64,000 nucleotides of DNA, taken from an archaeon. GTDB taxonomy: Archaea; Methanobacteriota_B; Thermococci; Methanofastidiosales; NM3. Both the position numbers and the translations under genes were made by a program. The stretch spans positions 1 to 64,000 of the forward strand of contig RXIG01000001.1 of the NCBI GenBank assembly GCA_004212155.1. The letters are read 5' to 3'. Shown here one piece after another: positions 56,758 to 64,000 of the stretch; within the stretch, counting starts at the first letter, position 1, and the number at the start of each line of letters is the position of its first letter. The notes beneath the pieces were generated by a model. It was not told the DNA's origin, did not search any database, and was given only the letters and a program-made list of their open reading frames with translations.

Positions 56758-58094
56758 AACTGGAAAAGCGACGTTTGCGAGTCCTTATCGTTTTTCGTGG
56801 ACTGCTTTTTTTGTGTTTGCTTCGTCGTTTGCTTACCTTCATCGTCACTCTTCACACGCTTGCTCTGTTTCTTTTTCGTCTCCTCTTCCCTTTTCATCAG
56901 TGTGACGATGGCCTTTGCGTTGTCGGGGCAGAGCACCTCGATCTCCTCGGGCTCGAGGTCGAAGTACCGCGCGACCGCGCGACCCTGCTCGGGATCCCTA
57001 CATGCATTGAGTATGAGCGTGTGATACTGGCGTGCGTCATAGCGTGACGTATGTGTCTTCCTTCCTACCTTCATCCACGCTTCCTTGAGCTTCTTGCGCT
57101 TCGCCTTGGTCCTCCCAAGGTGTTTGAAGTAGCTTGGCGCCTCGTAGCGCGTGAACGAGGCATGGTACCGGTGGCATATCGAGACCCCTCCTATCATGAG
57201 GTCTGTTGCATATGCCCAGAATCGGTAATACTGTCTGCGCTGCACCCGTCCGAGGAAGACGTCGGCGCGGGAGAGGTAGTTGTATGCGCAGGGCACGTCG
57301 CGGGGATCGTAGATCTTTGGCATGTTCTCGTCGATCCAGAACATGATCTCCTCGGGAGGTTTGTCAACATCGTAGAACGTCTTCCTGCACTCGGTGCTCT
57401 TTGACTTGAAGACGGCAGTAAGCCCTTCGAATATCGAGCGCTCGCTATCGCGCGGCTTGAGTCGTTTGACGTCATCGCCTCGCACAGTGTCGCCGAGTGA
57501 CTCGAGGTCGTTGATCGCCGCGCGCATGTCGCCTCCCGCCTGTCCGGCCAGCTGCTCAAGCGTGTCGTCGTCGACATCGATGCCTTCGGCATCGGCGATC
57601 TCCCTGAGCCTGTTTCGGATGCTCGCGGGGCGCAGCGTGTTGAACCGGATGGTATCGACCCTCCTTCGTATCGAATCGGGGAGCTTGTAGGGGTCGTTCG
57701 CAATGAGGATGATGGGGTTGTTCGTGTCATCGAGTATGCTGGCAAGAGCCTTCGTTCCGCCCATGTCGGACCTACCACCGATGTTGTCTGCCTCATCGAT
57801 GAGGATGAGCTTGCGACCCTGGAAGAGCGCAGAGGATCGCGCAGCGTTCCCGACCACCTTGTTGATGGCATCGGCATTACGCACGTCCGAGGTGTTGAGC
57901 TCGATGAGGTCATAGTTCATCTCAGACTTCACGACGTAGACGGCCGCCGTCTTTCCCGAACCCGGTGGCCCGTGTATGAGCAGCGCCCTGTTGTCTCCAG
58001 GCCACGTGTTGAGCCATGCGATGACTTCCTTCAATGGTTTGTTCTGGCCATGGATCTCCTTGAATCGCCGTGGCTTGTACGCTTCGTTGAACAT
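56754..58094 (-). CDS. rfcL: Replication factor C large subunit
   Basis: GPPGSGKT, ELNTSD, IDEAD, GDMRAAINDL, PIP box QTSLFQF. Confidence 0.96.
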   Translation of the reverse strand: MFNEAYKPRRFKEIHGQNKPLKEVIAWLNTWPGDNRALLIHGPPGSGKTAAVYVVKSEMNYDLIELNTSDVRNADAINKVVGNAARSSALFQGRKLILIDEADNIGGRSDMGGTKALASILDDTNNPIILIANDPYKLPDSIRRRVDTIRFNTLRPASIRNRLREIADAEGIDVDDDTLEQLAGQAGGDMRAAINDLESLGDTVRGDDVKRLKPRDSERSIFEGLTAVFKSKSTECRKTFYDVDKPPEEIMFWIDENMPKIYDPRDVPCAYNYLSRADVFLGRVQRRQYYRFWAYATDLMIGGVSICHRYHASFTRYEAPSYFKHLGRTKAKRKKLKEAWMKVGRKTHTSRYDARQYHTLILNACRDPEQGRAVARYFDLEPEEIEVLCPDNAKAIVTLMKREEETKKKQSKRVKSDDEGKQTTKQTQKKQSTKNDKDSQTSLFQF

Positions 58095-58099
58095 GTCAG

Positions 58100-59056
58100 C
58101 TACCTGCTGGCCTTTGCTATACGCGCGAGGAGCGCTTCTAACTGTATGCGCTCGTTGGCACCCTCGACGAGCCTGAACTCGTGTTCTCCTATCTTGTCCA
58201 CGAGGTCGACCTTTACCGTCTCCGAGATGTCCTCGTGATTGAGTATCTCCTTGTGCAGCTGCGTGATGATGTCATCGCCGGATAGGCCCTTCTCGATGAG
58301 CAAGGAGTCTAGCAGCTTTCTCGAAGCGAGGAAGTTGCCGCCAAGCGCTGCAGAGATCATGTCGCCTATCTCCTCGGGTTTGGCGCGCGAGGAAACCTGG
58401 TAGACAAGGTCTTCATTTACCTCCTTTCCCAGGAACGCTGCGGCCTGCAGCGTGTTTTCCGCCTTGCGCATGTCGCCGTCGGCGATGTATTTGATGGCCT
58501 CCATGCCGTCCTTGGTGATGGTGAGGTCCTCGTTGCCGATGATGCGCCTGAGCTTCTCCTCGATCGCATCGTCGTCCAAGGGCCCGAACCTGAATATGGC
58601 GCAGCGCGACTGTATCGGGGCGATGATCTTCGATGAATAGTTGCACGAGAGGATGAATCTGCACGTAGACGTGTATATCTCCATCGTTCGCCGCAGGGCG
58701 TTTTGCGCATCGGGGGTCAATGCGTCCGATTCGTCGAGGAAGATGATCTTGAAGTTCCCGCCGATCGCCATGGTGCGCGCAAAGTCCTTGATGCGTTCCC
58801 GAACGACGTTGATGCCACGTTCGTCCGAGGCGTTGGTCTCTTGGAAGTTCTGCCTCCACGACTCGCCGAACATGTCCTTTGCCAGTGCGATCGCCGATGT
58901 CGTCTTTCCCACACCCGCCGGCCCGGCAAACAGGAGATGGGGCATGTTTTGTCGCTCTACGTATGAGCGGAGGCGTTCGATGATGTATGGCCGTCCCACC
59001 ACGTCTTCCAGTGTTTGCGGACGATACTTCTCAGTCCATGGTTTCTCAAAGTTCAT
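58100..59056 (-). CDS. rfcS: Replication factor C small subunit, no intein
   Basis: PWTEKYRP, GPAGVGKT, NASDERG, LDESD, SRC. Confidence 0.97.
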   Translation of the reverse strand: MNFEKPWTEKYRPQTLEDVVGRPYIIERLRSYVERQNMPHLLFAGPAGVGKTTSAIALAKDMFGESWRQNFQETNASDERGINVVRERIKDFARTMAIGGNFKIIFLDESDALTPDAQNALRRTMEIYTSTCRFILSCNYSSKIIAPIQSRCAIFRFGPLDDDAIEEKLRRIIGNEDLTITKDGMEAIKYIADGDMRKAENTLQAAAFLGKEVNEDLVYQVSSRAKPEEIGDMISAALGGNFLASRKLLDSLLIEKGLSGDDIITQLHKEILNHEDISETVKVDLVDKIGEHEFRLVEGANERIQLEALLARIAKASR

Positions 59057-59072
59057 AACATTGCCCTCTTGA

Positions 59073-59468
59073 TCAGTGGAGTTTTCTCATGTGCGTCTCT
59101 ACCTTCCCAGGGAACGTATCATTGAGCGATGTGAGTATCTTCGATACCACCTCGTCCTCAAAGTCGTTACGTGAGACGCGCACCTTGTAGACGTACTTGA
59201 GTCCGCCGCGACCCTTCTCGATGTTCTTCTCGATGAGGTTGCGCTCGCAGAGCCTGTTCATCATGATCGAAATAGTGGAGCGGCGAATGTTCTTTTTTTC
59301 GTCCCTGAGTATGTCATAGACACCACGCGCAGTGGTGGTGCCCTCGTTCCAGAGTATTTCCATGATGTCTGTCTCAAGCGGTCCAAGTATCTTTCGATAC
59401 CCCCTTTCAAAGGGCCTGTACTCATGCCAAACAAACACGACATCACCTGTAAAGTGATTTACACGCAC
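59073..59468 (-). CDS. BlaI/MecI/CopY family transcriptional regulator
   Basis: LGPLETDIMEILW, STISIMMNRL, KYVY. Confidence 0.85.
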   Translation of the reverse strand: MRVNHFTGDVVFVWHEYRPFERGYRKILGPLETDIMEILWNEGTTTARGVYDILRDEKKNIRRSTISIMMNRLCERNLIEKNIEKGRGGLKYVYKVRVSRNDFEDEVVSKILTSLNDTFPGKVETHMRKLH

Positions 59469-59505
59469 ACTTTGTTTTTCATGCTACTAATATGTTACGT
59501 AGCCA

Positions 59506-60921
59506 TTAACCCTTAACAACGCCGAGTGGACGCAGGCGTGCGACCTTCTTCCCGATGCCAAGCGCATCTGAGACGTCTGCGACGCTGTCGATGTCCTTGT
59601 AGGCCCCGGGCGCCTCCTCGGCCACGGTCTTCATGCTTGCCGCACGGATAGAGATGTTCTTCTTGGCAAGTTCGTCGCGTATGGTCTCGCCGCGATAGCT
59701 CTTTGTTGCCTTGGATCGCGAGAGAAGCCGTCCGGCACCATGCGCCGTCGAGCCGAACGTGAGCGCCGATCGTTCCGTGCCGCAGAGAACGTAGGATGCC
59801 GTGCCCATGCTTCCAGGCAGGATAACGGGCTGGCCTATGTCGCGGTAACATGATGGCAACTCCTTGCGACCCTTCCACAATGCTCGCGTCGCCCCTTTGC
59901 GGTGCACGTAGTAATGTTTCTTCCGGTGTTCCTCAAGCTTTGCGATGTTGTGGGCCACATCGTAGAGGATATCGAGCTCCTCGTCACCATAGGTGTCCTG
60001 GAACGATTCCCTGCACCAGTGCGTGATCATCTGACGATTCGCCCAAGCGAAGTTTGCGGCGCACCCCATGGCCTGGATGTATGACTGCCCTTCCGTTGAC
60101 TGCACAGGGGCGCATGTGAGCTCCCTGTCGGGGATGGCGATGTGATACTTCTTCGTCGCCTTGTCCATCACCCGCAGGTAGTCGGAACAGATCTGGTGTC
60201 CGCATCCTCTTGAACCCGTGTGTACCATGATGGCGGCCTGCCCTTCATGGATGCCAAACGAGCGTGCGATACGCTCGTCATATACCTCCTCGACGTACTG
60301 GAGCTCAAGGAAATGGTTGCCAGAACCGAGGCTGCCAAGTTGTGTCGAGCCGCGTTTCTTCGCTGTTGTGCTCACAAGCGATGCATCAGCGGGCATGCGT
60401 CCCCCCTCCTCAAGGTGTTTGAGGTCGTTTTTTTCGCCATAATCGTTCTCACATGCCCATTCGGCGCCACGTTCGAGCATGGCATCCATCTCGCTTGACG
60501 AGAGACGAGCCATCTTGCCCTTTGAACCGAGACCCGAGGGAATGTTCTTGTAGAGGGCATCAAGCAGTACGTCGCGCCTTTCGATGATCTCGTCCCTCAC
60601 AAGCGATGAGAGCAAAAGGCGCACCCCGCAGTTGATGTCATACCCCACGCCGCCGGGAGATATGATGCCGTCGGTGGCGCTAAACGCTGCCACACCGCCG
60701 ATGGGAAATCCGTACCCCTGGTGGCCGTCAGGCATGACGAAGCTCGCATCGGCGATGCCTGGAAGCTTCGCTACGTTTACCGCCTGTTCGAGAGTCTTGT
60801 CCTGCTTCATCGATTCCAAGAGCGACTCGTTCGAACATATGCGCACAGGGACCTGCATGCCCGCTTCCTGGGATATCTCCCATAGGTAATCATCTATCTT
60901 TCGTATCTTCATATGATCCAA
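59506..60921 (-). CDS. rtcB: tRNA-splicing ligase RtcB, no intein
   Basis: MPDGHQGYGFPIGG, GYDINCG, GNHF, HTGSRG, HRKGAT, PGSMG, HGAGR. Confidence 0.97.
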   Translation of the reverse strand: MDHMKIRKIDDYLWEISQEAGMQVPVRICSNESLLESMKQDKTLEQAVNVAKLPGIADASFVMPDGHQGYGFPIGGVAAFSATDGIISPGGVGYDINCGVRLLLSSLVRDEIIERRDVLLDALYKNIPSGLGSKGKMARLSSSEMDAMLERGAEWACENDYGEKNDLKHLEEGGRMPADASLVSTTAKKRGSTQLGSLGSGNHFLELQYVEEVYDERIARSFGIHEGQAAIMVHTGSRGCGHQICSDYLRVMDKATKKYHIAIPDRELTCAPVQSTEGQSYIQAMGCAANFAWANRQMITHWCRESFQDTYGDEELDILYDVAHNIAKLEEHRKKHYYVHRKGATRALWKGRKELPSCYRDIGQPVILPGSMGTASYVLCGTERSALTFGSTAHGAGRLLSRSKATKSYRGETIRDELAKKNISIRAASMKTVAEEAPGAYKDIDSVADVSDALGIGKKVARLRPLGVVKG

Positions 60922-61441
60922 TCTCGCTCAAGCATAGCTGTGCCTGGCGCTGGAATGTGGCTATGCCGTTATCGTTGATCATCATGACGTCTGCGAGGGC
61001 GATCGCGTCACCGATGCCGAATCCCAGTTCCCGCCGATCCCGCTTTTCGAACTCTTCACGTGTCGACGGGTCGTCTTCCCGCCCTCGCGTGCGAAGTCTT
61101 TCGAATCGCGATGCGGGAGAGGAATGAATCGCGATGACGATACTGTCAAAATGCTGTTTAAACGTATCGACCTCGCTTATGCCTCGTATGCCGTCTATTA
61201 TATATCGTCGCCCCTTTTTTATCTTTGGGATTGTAAGATGTGCAATGGCATCGATACCGCTCTCCTTGCGGAGCTCCTGGGCGACTTCCCCAGACTTGGT
61301 GATGGGAAGCCCCCGTGCACGCGTTTGTTCGCGTATGATGTCGCCCATCGAGATCGATGCGTATCCGAAGCGCAATGCCTCCTCGATGAACGTGCTCTTG
61401 CCACACCCCGGCATGCCGACGACGAGGATGATCGGCGTCAT
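60890..61441 (-). CDS. P-loop NMP kinase-like protein (UPF0200 / dephospho-CoA kinase-like)
   Basis: VGMPGCGKS, SMGDIIRE, DGIR, RGREDD; start MTPII overlapping the upstream stop. Confidence 0.88.
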   Translation of the reverse strand: MTPIILVVGMPGCGKSTFIEEALRFGYASISMGDIIREQTRARGLPITKSGEVAQELRKESGIDAIAHLTIPKIKKGRRYIIDGIRGISEVDTFKQHFDSIVIAIHSSPASRFERLRTRGREDDPSTREEFEKRDRRELGFGIGDAIALADVMMINDNGIATFQRQAQLCLSEIGSYEDTKDR

Positions 61442-62145
61442 CGTGTCCCCTCTGTGTAGTCCCTTATCGTTGAGCATATGCGATCGGCGATGAGCCCATA
61501 GAGGGCACTACCCTTCTCTGCCGTCGCCCGTCGCGCATCCCCCGTCATGGCACCGGGCACGATGGCCCTGCGCGCTATGTGGGATATCTCGGCATACTCT
61601 GGCCACTCGGGACCCGCACCCGCCTTTTGCATCTCTACGATGTCGGCATCATGTGCGAGCACAAGCGACGTCTCATCCTCGCCCCCGTGTCCAGTGCCTG
61701 GCGTGACATGTTTGATATCTGATGCATACTCATCCCACCAGCTTATTACGCGCGTGCGCACACCCTCGTATGAGGCCGTCTCCCCCACCTCGTTGAGCGC
61801 CGCCGTGTTGCCGCCATGGCCGTTAAGAAAGATGATCGTCGTGATGCCGTTTCGCACGAGCTCACGTGCGATCGCGCACATATACTCCCTGAACGCGGGA
61901 AGGGGTATGTTGACACTTCCCGGCCACTCCTCGAGATAGTACGTGTGCCCGTATGCGACATGAGGGCATACGAGGAGCGAGTCGTGCATCCTCTCCTCGA
62001 TCATCGCGACGAGGCGGGCGGGGATGATGTTGTCGGTCCCTAGGGGAAGGTGTCGTCCGTGGGCCTCGATGGTGCCAACGGGTACGAGCGCCACTTTCAA
62101 CGCACGATCCCTGAAAAGATCGGTGGTCATATGTTCGAGATACAT
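61438..62145 (-). CDS. Creatininase family amidohydrolase
   Basis: PVGTIEAHGRHLPLGTD, NGHGGN, HGGEDETS. Confidence 0.92.
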   Translation of the reverse strand: MYLEHMTTDLFRDRALKVALVPVGTIEAHGRHLPLGTDNIIPARLVAMIEERMHDSLLVCPHVAYGHTYYLEEWPGSVNIPLPAFREYMCAIARELVRNGITTIIFLNGHGGNTAALNEVGETASYEGVRTRVISWWDEYASDIKHVTPGTGHGGEDETSLVLAHDADIVEMQKAGAGPEWPEYAEISHIARRAIVPGAMTGDARRATAEKGSALYGLIADRICSTIRDYTEGTR

Positions 62146-62198
62146 GACCTATCATCGTAGCAGACGTTATAATAATCTTATGATGTGGCGCTGGTCCC

Positions 62199-63854
62199 TC
62201 ACATGCTGACGGTGTTGTCAGTTTTTCGTATTCCGGAGATGTAGAGCGTGTAGAGGAAGGCGAATCCAAAGAGCATGAGCACCTCGTAGTCGACAAGGCC
62301 CGTCTCGATGCCAAGGATGAGGTAGGCAAGCGTGAGGGCATAAAGTGTGGTAGCATAGCAGCGCCTCCGTCCGGTCGTGGTGCGGGTATGGACGTGCATC
62401 CGGCTCATGAAGAATCCAACGATGCCCAGAGCGACGATGCTCCCGACGAATCCGAAGTCGACGGCTATCGGACCGAGCAGTGTCGATGTCATCGAGATGC
62501 CCCCCGCGCCGGCAAAGACGGCGATGTAGCGTCGCGGTGAGTAGGCGATCCCCGGCATGAGCGTGGCAAACTCCCGGATCGTTGCCATGTGCACCTGCCC
62601 TTTGGTGAATCCGAGATAGCCGCCAAGATGGGCCATCATGTCGTATATGTCAAGGGTAAGCCCTGCGCGCACTGTGAGCGATTCGATGAATCCCACATGC
62701 GCTCCGGTGGTGTATGTCCTAAGCACCGTCATGACGAGGAACACGCCGGCGATGGCGCCTGCCGCGAGGCCGACCTCCGTGATCGTTATGAGGTCCCACA
62801 TCAGTGCTACGAGCACTGCTGCAAGCAACGTGAGCAGCACCTGCGTACGGTAGCCGAGCAATGCCATGAGCACTGCAGATACGGCGATGGCCACCATGGC
62901 AAGCAACCGTGCCTTCCGGTACGATGCACCCTCTTGCGTTCTGAGGCCGAGCAGGGAGATGAGCAGCACCGTACCGATTGGCAGCATATGCGAGCGCATC
63001 GTGTACGTGGGGTCAAGCCCTTCCCTGTCGGTAAGGAGGGGTATCTTTCCCACGAGCGCTATGGAAAGCACCCAGTAAAGCGCGCCAAAGGCCATGAGGA
63101 GCACTGCGATGGTCGTTGCGTTGCGCTCGAGTATCAGGGCTATGCGCGGCGTGCGCAGTGTCATTGCCAAGCTTACCGTTCCGACGGCGAGGAAGGGAAG
63201 TCCCAGCGTCCACTGCGCCTGGCGGAAGAGCAAGGCTCCGGCCACGACCACGATTATAGAGACTGGCAGCCCCCATCGCGATGACGTGATGAACAAGAAA
63301 AGCGGTATGAGGCCGATGATGGCGGCATGCATGGATATGGGTGAAAGTGCGAACCCGGCGAGGGCGGCAACGAGGAGGGCACGACCCGTTCTTGTTCCGA
63401 TCGAGGGGAACCTCATGCGCCCTATAAGAACGCCAATGCCATATGCGAACAGCGATACGGTGATAGATAAGAAGGCGAACGTCGAGATGCCGTGGTCGCT
63501 CAGTCCTATGAAGGCGATGAATCCGACGATGAACATGAACGGGGATGTGAGGCGGCGAGCGTCCTCCTGGCGCAGACCCCGTACCGAGATGGTCGGGAGC
63601 CATGCAGGCGCCCTTTCGAGCATTGCATCGAAGATGCGTCCGCACAAGCGGCCCACACGGCTGTTGTATATCTCGTCGTTGACTGCGTCTAGAAGCCGGG
63701 CGAACAATGAGGCGAGAAGGCGCGCCGAGGTGGTAATGTCATACGGCGCTAGGATTGAGGCGTCCGCTGGGGTATGGGTTGTACCCCGTATCCGCGCAAT
63801 GCCTTTGCGCACAGCGTTGTAGGTCCATACCACCGCTTTATCGAGCATGATCAC
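62199..63854 (-). CDS. Multi-TM membrane protein, archaeal oligosaccharide repeat-unit polymerase-like
   Basis: More than 10 TM; LLGYRT, TSTLLGP...DFG, IETG. Confidence 0.7.
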   Translation of the reverse strand: MIMLDKAVVWTYNAVRKGIARIRGTTHTPADASILAPYDITTSARLLASLFARLLDAVNDEIYNSRVGRLCGRIFDAMLERAPAWLPTISVRGLRQEDARRLTSPFMFIVGFIAFIGLSDHGISTFAFLSITVSLFAYGIGVLIGRMRFPSIGTRTGRALLVAALAGFALSPISMHAAIIGLIPLFLFITSSRWGLPVSIIVVVAGALLFRQAQWTLGLPFLAVGTVSLAMTLRTPRIALILERNATTIAVLLMAFGALYWVLSIALVGKIPLLTDREGLDPTYTMRSHMLPIGTVLLISLLGLRTQEGASYRKARLLAMVAIAVSAVLMALLGYRTQVLLTLLAAVLVALMWDLITITEVGLAAGAIAGVFLVMTVLRTYTTGAHVGFIESLTVRAGLTLDIYDMMAHLGGYLGFTKGQVHMATIREFATLMPGIAYSPRRYIAVFAGAGGISMTSTLLGPIAVDFGFVGSIVALGIVGFFMSRMHVHTRTTTGRRRCYATTLYALTLAYLILGIETGLVDYEVLMLFGFAFLYTLYISGIRKTDNTVSM

Positions 63855-64000
63855 AACCTGATATGTATGGCGTTCTCCTCGGCGTCGACGACATCTGAAA
63901 GGTGGTCCCTGACGTGTTCCTTGATCCAGTACTTGTCAAGCTCCCCTATCTCCGTTCCCGTGCGCACGAAGACGATGAGGTCGGAGGAGAAGACATTCCC
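63851..64000 (-). CDS. 3' end of a gene entering from the right edge
   Basis: Open frame GNVFSSDLIVFVRTG...NAIHIRL*; stop overlaps the next gene's start (GTGA). Confidence 0.65.
   Translation of the reverse strand, partial: GNVFSSDLIVFVRTGTEIGELDKYWIKEHVRDHLSDVVDAEENAIHIRL

Noticed and set aside
18725-60921. Inteins in PolB, RFC-S, RtcB or LeuRS
   Set aside because: Proteins are of normal length with contiguous motifs
1-64000. tRNA/rRNA genes and Sec/Pyl read-through
   Set aside because: No cloverleaf or rRNA-like segment and no motif-interrupting in-frame stop noticed by eye; tRNAscan-SE and Infernal would be needed to exclude them formally

Overview
Gene-dense archaeal chromosome segment. 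Archaeal markers include PolB, RFC-S/L, aCPSF1/FttA, Csl4, RpoL, eS8, eS17, EgsA, Dph2, archaeal-type LeuRS/AsnRS, TATA boxes and GGTGA-type Shine-Dalgarno motifs. A Thermococci-adjacent euryarchaeal lineage such as Methanofastidiosa or Theionarchaea is plausible but is inference only. About 0-16 kb is accessory-like; the rest is mostly housekeeping with interspersed accessory genes. I saw no rRNA, tRNA or CRISPR array, and the only mobile-element trace is a TnpB C-terminal remnant near 31.3 kb. The best candidates for a second look are: (1) a luxE-luxC-SDR acyl-reductase operon with no luciferase or luxD in the window; (2) a trxB / thioredoxin-lipoprotein / [RING-like finger-TM-Ig repeats-CxxC thioredoxin fold] cluster, whose TrxB lacks the NADPH-binding motifs; (3) two unannotated tandem small ORFs with strong SD sites and a shared Cys...RxxFN tail upstream of an MFS exporter; (4) a queD-queE-queC-folE preQ0 block coupled directly behind polB; (5) an orphan TPR-PIN protein. 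All family assignments come from motif recognition by eye, without database searches.
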